DNA of 32,000 bases. It comes from Saxibacter everestensis. GTDB lineage: Bacteria; Actinomycetota; Actinomycetes; Actinomycetales; Brevibacteriaceae. This document shows, piece after piece, positions 17,345 through 25,464 of the stretch. The DNA lies in contig NZ_CP090958.1 of the NCBI RefSeq assembly GCF_025787225.1, forward strand, positions 865,856-897,855. Reading direction: 5' to 3'. The notes under the pieces were generated by a model. That model was not told where the DNA came from and did not search any database. It saw nothing but the letters and a program-made list of their open reading frames with translations. The first letter of the stretch is position 1. Every line of letters begins with the position of its first letter. The translations under genes were made by a program, and so were the position numbers.

Positions 17345-18448
17345 GTGATCAGGGTTCAGCGGTTCACCGGTCCTTTCGAATTCAGCGATGTCGGAGTGCT
17401 TCGCTATCGCGATCCTTATGGTGACGCCGTGGATCGGGAGTACGAATGCGTCCGGTGGACCTCCGAGGAGCTGCTGCCCGGTGAATTCGACCAGGTAATT
17501 CCGAGCTGGGCTGCCGAGACGCCGCCAGGCTGCTGGATTCAGGTCGAGCTCAGAGTCGCCGGGCACGGATCGGCGGCGTGGTCCCATCGGCCGGGCGAGC
17601 AGTGGTTCGTGACGGCGCGCTGGACGGCGGGAAACGACTTCCCGGCGGACATCCATCGCTGCACGGTGCGCGGTCAGCACAATGTGTTCGGCAGGGTGGA
17701 TGCCGATACCTTCCTGGCGTCGGTCGACAACAGCCCGCTGGCCGCCCTGCAACTGCGGGTCAGCCTGTTGCGGCCAGCCGGTTCGGCGGACGTTGCGCGA
17801 CTGGGCTCGGTGACCGTGCTGACCTCGCGCGGAGCAGGGGCGGAGACCGGCACGACCAGCCCTTACACCCGGCAGGCGGCGATCGAACTCGAGGTTCCTG
17901 CCCGCTCGCAGCGGGTGCATGCCGGGACCCATCCCGAGCTCGGCGGCGGGGGAGACGCCTGGTGCTCGCCGACGTCGACGGCGATGTTGCTCGGTTATCT
18001 GGGCGACGCGACGGATCCGCGATCCGACGTTGTCGATGCCGCCCGGGCTACTTACGACTACTCCTACCGCGGGACCGGCAATTGGGCGTTCAATGCTGCG
18101 TTCGCACAGTCCCACGGGGTGGATCTCTATGTCAGCCGGCTGCGGGACCTGCGTGACGTCGAGCCGCATCTGGAACGTGAGCGACCGGTCATCGCGAGCG
18201 TCACGCTGAACCGCAAGACAATGCCTGAGGCCGGCTACGACACCGAGGGACACTTGCTGGTGATCGCCGGCTTCTCGGCCGAGGGCGATGTCATCGTCTA
18301 CGACCCGGCCGCTCCGACGCCGGAGGGCGCGCGGCGGACCTACCCGAGGGGCGCGTTCGAACGAGCCTGGTTGCCGGCGTCGGCGTCTGCCGGAATCGCC
18401 TACGTCTGCGGCGATGAGGGTGCCGGCCCGGCGGGGATCACCGGTTGA
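17345..18448 (+). CDS. Papain-fold cysteine peptidase, C39-like, with an uncharacterised N-terminal domain of about 190 aa
   Basis: 367 aa. The candidate catalytic Cys lies in GGGGDAWCSPTSTAMLLGYLG (TGC at 17963-17965). The candidate His lies in DTEGHLLVIAGF, followed by VIVYDPA. There is no signal peptide or TM segment. The GTG start lies 4 nt after the ilvD stop and is uncertain. Confidence 0.6.
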   Translation: MIRVQRFTGPFEFSDVGVLRYRDPYGDAVDREYECVRWTSEELLPGEFDQVIPSWAAETPPGCWIQVELRVAGHGSAAWSHRPGEQWFVTARWTAGNDFPADIHRCTVRGQHNVFGRVDADTFLASVDNSPLAALQLRVSLLRPAGSADVARLGSVTVLTSRGAGAETGTTSPYTRQAAIELEVPARSQRVHAGTHPELGGGGDAWCSPTSTAMLLGYLGDATDPRSDVVDAARATYDYSYRGTGNWAFNAAFAQSHGVDLYVSRLRDLRDVEPHLERERPVIASVTLNRKTMPEAGYDTEGHLLVIAGFSAEGDVIVYDPAAPTPEGARRTYPRGAFERAWLPASASAGIAYVCGDEGAGPAGITG

Positions 18449-18553
18449 CCGGCACCAGACCCGGAACTACTTTGACGTCCGGGTAAATCCAGCATCTGAG
18501 ATCAGCTTGCCCATTTATTGACATCGTTCTCGCCCCTGAGTGAAGGTTATATC

Positions 18554-18610
18554 GTGCAAACAGTCCTTCTCGTAGTCATTATGCAGCGCGCGGTAACCCC
18601 GTACAGCTGA
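18554..18610 (+). CDS. ilvB leader peptide candidate (18 codons, MQTVLLVVIMQRAVTPYS)
   Basis: GTG start with GAAGG 7 nt upstream. Codons 4-9 are Val-Leu-Leu-Val-Val-Ile. It lies 115 nt upstream of ilvB and just upstream of a terminator hairpin. Confidence 0.6.
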   Translation: MQTVLLVVIMQRAVTPYS

Positions 18611-18632
18611 CGGTCACTACGTCCCGCGCGCG

Positions 18633-18664
18633 CCCCCTCGAAGACAATCGAAGGGGTTTTTTTA
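18633..18664 (+). terminator. Intrinsic terminator (attenuator) in the ilvB leader
   Basis: The stem is CCCC(C)TCGA / TCGA(A)GGGG with one C-A mismatch and a 6-nt loop, followed directly by TTTTTTT (18657-18663). It sits 60 nt upstream of the ilvB ATG. Upstream, GCGCGCGG (18586-18593) is complementary to CCGCGCGC (18624-18631). Confidence 0.65.
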
Positions 18665-18724
18665 TGCCACATCGCGCAGGGGTTTGCATCAACAACTAAA
18701 GCTCAATCAGCAAGGAGCCATTCG

Positions 18725-20599
18725 ATGGTTACGCCAGACCAGCCAGCACGGGGCGTCGATGCCCCGAGCCGCCCTGCTGTAGCAAAGCCCGCACCCCCGG
18801 TTCGTTCGCTACAGAACCCGGAGCAGGACTCAAAGCCGCAGCCCAAAGAGCAGCTATCCGGAGCGCAGGCAGTCGTGCGCTCGCTAGAGCTTCTTGGCGT
18901 CGACACCGTCTTTGGCATTCCCGGCGGCACCATCCTGCCGACCTACGACCCGTTGATGGCGTCCACCAAGGTCCGCCATATCCTGGTCCGGCACGAACAA
19001 GGCGCCGGCCACGCCGCCGAAGGATACGCGGTGGCGAGCGGCAGGGTCGGAGTCTGTATTGCCACCTCCGGGCCTGGCGCCACCAACCTGATCACCGCGA
19101 TAGCCGACGCGCACATGGACTCCGTGCCGCTCGTGGCGATCACCGGGCAGCAGGCCTCGTCCATGCTCGGTACCGACGCATTCCAGGAAGCCGACATCGT
19201 CGGTATGACCCTGCCGGTGACCAAGCACAGCTTCCTGGTGCAGAAAGCCGAGGACATCCCCAGCGCCATCGCCGCGGCATTCCACATCGCCTCGACCGGC
19301 CGCCCCGGTCCGGTGCTGGTCGACATCACCAAGGACGCCCAGCAGGCGATCTGCGATTTCGAATGGGATCCGCAGCCTGAGCTTCCGGGGTACCGGCCGG
19401 TGACCAAGCCGCACGCCAAGCAGATCCGTGAGGCGGCAAAGCTGATTGCTGCCGCCAAGCGCCCGGTCTTCTATGTCGGCGGCGGCGTCATCCGTGCGCG
19501 CGCCGACAAGGAACTGCTCAGGCTTGCGGAACTGACGAACATCCCGGTTGTCACCACCCTGATGGCGCGCGGAGTCTTCCCGGATTCACACCGGCAGCAC
19601 CTCGGCATGCCCGGAATGCACGGCACCGTCCCGGCGGTGGCCAGCATCCAGAAGTCCGACCTGCTGATCTCGCTTGCCGCCCGATTCGACGACCGGGTGA
19701 CGGGCAAGCTGGAATCCTTCGCACCTCAGGCCAAAGTCATCCACGCGGATATCGACCCGGCAGAGATCTCGAAGAACCGGATCGCCGACGTACCAATCGT
19801 CGGTGATGCTCGCGAGGTGATCGCCGACCTGATCGATGAACTGACCGCTCACCATCTCGACGATATGGATCGCGAACGGACCGCCTGGTGGGGCGTGCTG
19901 GACGAACTGCGCGAAACCTATCCGCTCGGCTACGACAAGGCGGAGGACGGCAGCGGCAACCCGCAGCACGTCATCGAGCGGATCAGCGCGCATGCGGGTC
20001 CGGAGGCCATCTACGTGGCCGGCGTCGGGCAACACCAGATGTGGGCAGCACAGTTCGTGAAGTACGAGCGGCCGAACTCCTGGCTCAACTCCGGCGGCCT
20101 CGGCACCATGGGGTACTCGGTTCCGGCGGCAATGGGCGCAAAGGTTGCCGAACCGGATCGCGTCGTCTGGGCGATCGACGGCGACGGCTGCTTCCAGATG
20201 ACAAACCAGGAATTGGCCACCTGCACGATCAACAACATCCCGATCAAGGTGGCGGTGATCAACAACTCGTCGCTCGGCATGGTGCGGCAGTGGCAGACAC
20301 TGTTCTACGGCGGCCGGTACTCCAACACCGATCTGAACACCGGCCCGGACACGGTTCGGATTCCTGATTTCGTCAAGTTGGCGGATGCCTACGGCGCGGT
20401 TGGCTTGCGCTGCGAGCGGCCGGAGGACGTTGACGCGACGATCGAGAAGGCGATGAGCATCAACGATCGCCCGGTTGTCGTCGACTTCGTGGTGCACCGG
20501 GATGCCATGGTCTGGCCGATGGTGGCCGCAGGGGTCAGCAACGACGAAATCCAGTACGCCCTCGGCGTCAGCCCCAACTTCGATCGGGAGGAAGACTAA
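18725..20599 (+). CDS. ilvB: Acetolactate synthase (acetohydroxyacid synthase) large subunit
   Basis: 624 aa, ThDP enzyme: [31 protein letters not shown] and the ThDP-binding block [17 protein letters not shown]...[22 protein letters not shown] lies upstream of the ATG. Confidence 0.95.
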   Translation: MVTPDQPARGVDAPSRPAVAKPAPPVRSLQNPEQDSKPQPKEQLSGAQAVVRSLELLGVDTVFGIPGGTILPTYDPLMASTKVRHILVRHEQGAGHAAEGYAVASGRVGVCIATSGPGATNLITAIADAHMDSVPLVAITGQQASSMLGTDAFQEADIVGMTLPVTKHSFLVQKAEDIPSAIAAAFHIASTGRPGPVLVDITKDAQQAICDFEWDPQPELPGYRPVTKPHAKQIREAAKLIAAAKRPVFYVGGGVIRARADKELLRLAELTNIPVVTTLMARGVFPDSHRQHLGMPGMHGTVPAVASIQKSDLLISLAARFDDRVTGKLESFAPQAKVIHADIDPAEISKNRIADVPIVGDAREVIADLIDELTAHHLDDMDRERTAWWGVLDELRETYPLGYDKAEDGSGNPQHVIERISAHAGPEAIYVAGVGQHQMWAAQFVKYERPNSWLNSGGLGTMGYSVPAAMGAKVAEPDRVVWAIDGDGCFQMTNQELATCTINNIPIKVAVINNSSLGMVRQWQTLFYGGRYSNTDLNTGPDTVRIPDFVKLADAYGAVGLRCERPEDVDATIEKAMSINDRPVVVDFVVHRDAMVWPMVAAGVSNDEIQYALGVSPNFDREED

Positions 20600-21111
20600 T
20601 GTCCCGCCACACACTGTCAGTACTTGTCGAGAACAAGCCGGGCGTGCTCGCCCGGCTGACCGGCCTGATTGCCCGCCGTGGATTCAACATTCATTCGCTC
20701 GCGGTCGGAGTGACCGAGGTCGACGAGCTGTCCCGGGTCACCTTCGTCGTCGATGTGGCGTCCGCGCCGCTCGAGCAGATCACCAAACAGCTGAACAAGC
20801 TGATCAACGTGATCAAAATTGTGGAGCTCGAACCGGAGAACTCGGTGCAACGGGCTCACGTTCTGTACAAGGTGCGAGCCGACGCGGTCACGCGATCCCA
20901 GGTGGCCGACTCGGCGGCACTGTTCCGAGCCACGGTCGTCGACGTCACACCAGACGCCGTCACGGTGGAAGCCACAGGAGAGATGGACAAGCTCGAGGCC
21001 CTGCGCCGCGTGCTTGAACCGTTCGGGATCCGCGAGATCGTGCAGTCCGGAGCGGTGGCCATCTCACGAGGGTCCAAGTCGATTACCGACCGTGCGCTAC
21101 GCAGCGCATAA
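20599..21111 (+). CDS. ilvN: Acetolactate synthase small (regulatory) subunit
   Basis: 170 aa with an ACT domain start (HTLSVLVENKPGVLARLTGLIARRGFNIHSLAVG). The ATG overlaps the ilvB stop (TAATG). Confidence 0.95.
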   Translation: MSRHTLSVLVENKPGVLARLTGLIARRGFNIHSLAVGVTEVDELSRVTFVVDVASAPLEQITKQLNKLINVIKIVELEPENSVQRAHVLYKVRADAVTRSQVADSAALFRATVVDVTPDAVTVEATGEMDKLEALRRVLEPFGIREIVQSGAVAISRGSKSITDRALRSA

Positions 21112-22185
<1,074 letters not shown>

Positions 22186-22217
22186 GTGTTCTCGGCGCTA
22201 ACCGATCGCCCTTGAGC

Positions 22218-22258
22218 ACCGGGCCGTCACTTCCTTATCCAGGGAGTGGCGGCCCGGT
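22218..22258 (+). terminator. Long GC-rich hairpin between the convergent ilvC and doc genes
   Basis: A 17-bp stem (15 Watson-Crick pairs plus 2 G-U pairs on the + strand RNA) with a 7-nt loop (ttatcca), read directly. Only a weak T-rich tail follows (tcgttcgtgt). The two G-U pairs become A-C mismatches on the minus-strand RNA, so it fits ilvC termination better. Confidence 0.55.
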
Positions 22259-22280
22259 TCGTTCGTGTAAGCGGAGGCGA

Positions 22281-22646
22281 TCAGCCGGTTAGATGGTCGC
22301 GATACCACCGAGCGATCTCGTCGAAGCTCAGCTCGCCGGCCGCGGCGCTGATGACGAAGTCGTACGCATCGTCTTCCGCGGAAGACAGGCCGTATCCGTT
22401 CAGGACCAGGAACAGCTTGGTGCCGGTCCAGGCGAGCCGCTTGTTGCCGTCCACCAGCGGGTGATTGCGGACCAGCGACTCGAACAGGGCGGCCGCCTTC
22501 GCCTCAATCGTGGGATAGGCTGCCTCGCCGAAGAGCACGCTCTGCGGTCGGAACGCGGCCGAGTCCAAGAGGCCTATGTCGCGCACCTGGGCAACGCCGA
22601 GCCGAGTGGCGATGACCAGGAGTTCTTCGGTTCGAAGGTATTTCAC
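22281..22646 (-). CDS. doc: Type II toxin, death-on-curing (Doc/Fic-fold) family
   Basis: 121 aa with the Doc-type Fic motif HPLVDGNKR. The GTG start overlaps the upstream antitoxin stop (GTGA). Confidence 0.9.
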   Translation of the reverse strand: MKYLRTEELLVIATRLGVAQVRDIGLLDSAAFRPQSVLFGEAAYPTIEAKAAALFESLVRNHPLVDGNKRLAWTGTKLFLVLNGYGLSSAEDDAYDFVISAAAGELSFDEIARWYRDHLTG

Positions 22647-22846
22647 TCGGCCAGGCGCTTGAGCAGTCCTGCGTCACGATTCAGGATCTCATCGAGCGCT
22701 GCGTCGAACTGCAACTTGCGTTCGGCGGCATCTGCGGCGGCCATGATCGCCGTCGTCGCGGCGACCTGTTTGCTGGTTCCCTGCTCTTTCGCGAGCCGGG
22801 TCAGCGCGGCGTCCTGCTCTTCCGACAATCTGAGATTGAGTGCCAT
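22643..22846 (-). CDS. Ribbon-helix-helix (CopG-like) antitoxin paired with Doc
   Basis: I prefer the ATG at 22846 (MALNLRLSEEQDAALTRLAKEQGTSKQVAATTAI...) over the track start at 22888. This is an RHH pattern: beta strand LNLRL followed by two helices. It is 67 aa and overlaps doc by 4 nt. Confidence 0.8.
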   Translation of the reverse strand: MALNLRLSEEQDAALTRLAKEQGTSKQVAATTAIMAAADAAERKLQFDAALDEILNRDAGLLKRLAE

Positions 22847-22853
22847 GAACCAA

Positions 22854-22870
22854 TGGTACCGCTTTGGTAC
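22854..22870. promoter_or_regulatory. Direct repeat TGGTAC-N5-TGGTAC (11-bp period) overlapping the putative -10 of the antitoxin/doc operon
   Basis: Read directly from the sequence. On the minus strand a TACCAT hexamer (22858-22853) lies 6 nt upstream of the antitoxin ATG, which suggests a leaderless transcript and an autoregulatory operator. Confidence 0.4.
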
Positions 22871-22946
22871 TACTGCCGCTATTCGCACCTTCGGTTGCGA
22901 GGCCCCCTATCTTGAGCGATCAGCGGCCATCTTTCTCGTCGAAGTC

Positions 22947-22975
22947 TTGACAGGTAATTAGTGTAAGCGTGTAAT
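22947..22975 (+). promoter_or_regulatory. Promoter candidate: TTGACA, 17-nt spacer, TGTAAT; the -10 ends 6 nt before the ATG at 22982
   Basis: The hexamers were read directly. The spacer carries GTGTAA-gc-GTGTAA direct repeats (22961-22974). The geometry implies a leaderless mRNA for the downstream RHH-domain gene. Confidence 0.45.
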
Positions 22976-22981
22976 CATCAC

Positions 22982-23479
22982 ATGGATGAATACGAGGGCT
23001 GGATGATCGGGCGCCTGCCGGACGAATGGTTCGAGACTGCACCCGAGGTGAGTGTCGACCGGGACGAAATCGTGGTCGTCGGCCGACTCGAGGCTCCGAC
23101 AGGTGCCGAGTCCGAAGGCGCACAGCGAGCGGCGGAAGCCGGTCGGATCAAGCGATTCCGGGAGGAGACCCGGGGAAAGCGAATGCGAATCGCGGACGAA
23201 GCTGAGCTCCGGTTCGGGCGCAAGGTTGCCTGGGGAGCTGTATGCGGCCAGACGCGTCAGCTGTTCACCAGTCTTTCGGTGCCGGTGATGACCCGGCTCA
23301 GGCAGTCCGAGCGTCAGGTTCTCGACACGCTTGTGGATGCCGGCGTTGCGCGGTCGCGCTCGGATGCGCTGGTCTGGTCGGTCCGCCTGGTCGGGCAGCA
23401 CCAGGGTGAGTGGATCGGGCAGCTTCGGGAGGCGCTCGTCGGAGTCGAGGCGGCACGAGCTGCCGGCCCAAAGGTGTAA
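22982..23479 (+). CDS. Hypothetical protein with a C-terminal ribbon-helix-helix DNA-binding domain
   Basis: 165 aa with high third-position GC. The C-terminal segment VPVMTRLRQSERQVLDTLVDAGVARSRSDALVWSVRLV matches the RHH pattern (beta strand, then the helix-loop GxSRS). I do not recognise the first ~100 aa. Confidence 0.6.
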   Translation: MDEYEGWMIGRLPDEWFETAPEVSVDRDEIVVVGRLEAPTGAESEGAQRAAEAGRIKRFREETRGKRMRIADEAELRFGRKVAWGAVCGQTRQLFTSLSVPVMTRLRQSERQVLDTLVDAGVARSRSDALVWSVRLVGQHQGEWIGQLREALVGVEAARAAGPKV

Positions 23480-23649
23480 GTGAACCGACTGGAATGTTCG
23501 TGCGCTGGGCATGCCTTGCCCTGTCGTGTCTGATCGGGACTGGCTTCGCTAGTATTGCCGTGTTCAGCACGTGACGCAGTTGATGGAGGTGAGACCCATT
23601 ACCGCAGTATCAGGTCGGGTGCTCCCTCTCACGGCCGTGCGGTTCATCC

Positions 23650-23667
23650 GACGCAGGTGACGCAGGT
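23650..23667. repeat. Perfect tandem 9-mer GACGCAGGT x2; a third partial copy GTGACGCAG lies at 23571-23579
   Basis: Read directly in the 220-nt non-coding spacer upstream of the methyltransferase gene. Confidence 0.7.
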
Positions 23668-23699
23668 AGCGCCCGTAAGCAGAATCGAAAGGCGCTCCC

Positions 23700-24494
23700 A
23701 TGTCAGTTTCTCCTTCCACCGAGCTTAAATCCACAATCACAGCCAGCCTGCGGGCCGCTGGTTGTGTCTTCGCCGAGGACGAGGCGCGGTTGCTCGTGTC
23801 CGCGGCATCGTCTGCAGCCGGACTCGACACAATGGTGGCCCGCCGGGTCGCAGGTGAGCCGCTCGAACAGGTTCTCGGCTGGGCGGAGTTCCGGGACTTA
23901 AGAATCGCGATCGAGCCCGGCGTCTTCGTACCACGTCGCCGCACCGAGTATCTCGCCAGTCAGGCCATCATGCTCGCACAGCAAGCCGATAGTCCGGTCG
24001 GTGTCGACCTGTGCTGTGGTTCGGGCGCGGTCGGCGCCGCGCTGCTCGCGGCCGTGCCCGGCATCGAGCTGTACGCCACGGACATTGACCCGGAGGCGGT
24101 GCGCTGCGCCCGGCGAAACATTGGCTCGGCCGGGCAGGTGCTCGAAGGCGATCTGTATCAGCCGCTGCCTACAGCGCTGCGCGGTCGGGTCGATGTCCTG
24201 GTCGCGAACGCGCCCTATGTCCCTACGGCGGCGATCGCCACTATGCCTCCGGAAGCCCGGCTGCACGAGGCCCGGGTTGCGCTCGACGGCGGTGCGGACG
24301 GCCTTGATGTCCAGCGGCGAGTGGCCGCCGCGGCAACGCAATGGCTGGCGCCAGGCGGGCATCTGCTGATCGAGACAAGCGAGCGTCAGTCTAGTGAGAC
24401 ATCCCGCATCTTCGCCCGCAACGGACTGACTCCGAGGGTGACCAGTTCCGACGAACTGGATGCGACGGTCGTGATCGGCCTGGCCGACTCGTGA
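23700..24494 (+). CDS. SAM-dependent methyltransferase of the PrmC/HemK-related protein N5-glutamine methyltransferase type
   Basis: 264 aa with SAM motif I (VDLCCGSGAVGAALL). The substrate-binding tetrad NAPY in VLVANAPYVP replaces the canonical NPPY. The order of blocks is HemK-like. Confidence 0.8.
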   Translation: MSVSPSTELKSTITASLRAAGCVFAEDEARLLVSAASSAAGLDTMVARRVAGEPLEQVLGWAEFRDLRIAIEPGVFVPRRRTEYLASQAIMLAQQADSPVGVDLCCGSGAVGAALLAAVPGIELYATDIDPEAVRCARRNIGSAGQVLEGDLYQPLPTALRGRVDVLVANAPYVPTAAIATMPPEARLHEARVALDGGADGLDVQRRVAAAATQWLAPGGHLLIETSERQSSETSRIFARNGLTPRVTSSDELDATVVIGLADS

Positions 24495-24556
24495 CCCGTG
24501 CTGCCCCGGCAGCTGTCGGCGAGGGTTAAGAAATTTGTTGCCTATTGCTCGCCGAA

Positions 24557-24581
24557 GGTACTATGCTTAAGGAATAGTACC
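24557..24581. promoter_or_regulatory. Perfect 8-bp inverted repeat GGTACTAT-N9-ATAGTACC overlapping a TACTAT -10 candidate; probable PadR operator
   Basis: Read directly from the sequence. A TTGTTG -35 candidate (24535-24540) lies 18 nt upstream of TACTAT (24559-24564). AAGGAG (24583-24588) lies 9 nt before the ATG at 24598. Confidence 0.5.
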
Positions 24582-24597
24582 TAAGGAGCTGATTGAT

Positions 24598-25035
24598 ATG
24601 TCTGCTATCGCCAGACCAGCCGGGCACCGCTCGCTGAGCCGCAAGGACGTCGTCGTGTACGTTGCCGGTGTCATTGCCGGCCTTATCGCTACCCATGCCG
24701 TGATCGCATTTGCTGACGATGGGCGAATAACCGTTCGCTCGACGCTTTTGCTGGCCGTTGTGGCATGTTTCATCGCAGGTTTCTACCTGGTCAGACGGCC
24801 GGCGATCCGGCAACGGCGCTACGCCTACTACTTCCTGCACGTCATGGCGTTCTTGCTCGTCAACGGAAGCTACTGGCTGCATGCAGGCATCCTGAGCCTG
24901 GATGGCCGGGCCGATGTCGTCGCGGCGACCTGGTCGGGCGCGCTCTACGCGATGGCGACATTCTGGGGGATCGGGCTGCTGATACACACGCTCGGGGCGT
25001 TCCTATCGAAGGGGTTCGAAGATGTCGACGTCTGA
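24598..25035 (+). CDS. Small integral membrane protein with a C-terminal 2TM-type domain
   Basis: 145 aa with four hydrophobic helices. The C-terminal half YYFLHVMAFLLVNGSYWLH...FWGIGLLIHTLGAF resembles the 2TM domain pattern. It has a strong RBS and overlaps the PadR gene by 14 nt. Confidence 0.65.
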   Translation: MSAIARPAGHRSLSRKDVVVYVAGVIAGLIATHAVIAFADDGRITVRSTLLLAVVACFIAGFYLVRRPAIRQRRYAYYFLHVMAFLLVNGSYWLHAGILSLDGRADVVAATWSGALYAMATFWGIGLLIHTLGAFLSKGFEDVDV

Positions 25036-25408
25036 CGTCACCGACTTCGAAGCCGCTATGGTCGCGTCGTGGTCCGATATTCACAAGAAGAGTGCGCTCA
25101 TGCAGTTCATTCTCCTGGTGCTGCATGAAAAACCCTGCTGGTCTGCCGAGATCCGGGATGGAATCAGTGCCCTGAGCGAAGGAAGCCTGCACGTCGACGA
25201 GCAAAGCCTGCACCGGGCGCTACGACGGCTGGCCGGAAACAACCTGATCACGTTCACCTCCGGCCCCGCTCCCGGAACCGGTGCACGGCGGAAGACGTAT
25301 CAGCTGACCCAGACAGGCGAACGGGTGCTCCGGCACTATCTGCAGACGACGCTGAGCTATGCCAGAAGCTCCAGGTACCTGGAGGCGCTGGCGGCAGTCG
25401 TCGAATAG
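25022..25408 (+). CDS. PadR family transcriptional regulator
   Basis: 128 aa with a winged-HTH pattern (LMQFILLVLHEKPCWSAEIRDGI...LHRALRRLAGNNLITF...RRKTYQLTQTGERVL). An alternative start is the ATG at 25058. Confidence 0.85.
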   Translation: MSTSDVTDFEAAMVASWSDIHKKSALMQFILLVLHEKPCWSAEIRDGISALSEGSLHVDEQSLHRALRRLAGNNLITFTSGPAPGTGARRKTYQLTQTGERVLRHYLQTTLSYARSSRYLEALAAVVE

Positions 25409-25425
25409 TCGCCGGAGCCACCGCA

Positions 25426-25455
25426 GCCGGCGGCGGCCCGAGGGCAGCCGCCGGC
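25426..25455. terminator. Perfect 9-bp GC stem (GCCGGCGGC / GCCGCCGGC) with a 12-nt loop between the convergent PadR and ABC permease genes
   Basis: Read directly from the sequence. It has no U-tract, so a function as a bidirectional terminator is inferred. Confidence 0.45.
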
Positions 25456-25464
25456 AAGCAGGGC

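Noticed and set aside
23480-23533. 17-codon Cys-rich ORF (MNRLECSCAGHALPCRV) starting right after the RHH-domain gene stop
   Set aside because: It is tempting because Cys-rich uORFs regulate sulfur genes in mycobacteria. However, the only SD-like sequence is 3 nt from the GTG, the downstream gene is a methyltransferase rather than a cysteine gene, and a 17-codon ORF is expected by chance. It stays a note inside the spacer finding.
23564-23944. 126-aa minus-strand ORF overlapping the methyltransferase start and the upstream spacer
   Set aside because: It has an Arg/Ser/Ala-rich composition, is antisense to a motif-supported gene, and has no RBS or promoter-like sequence.
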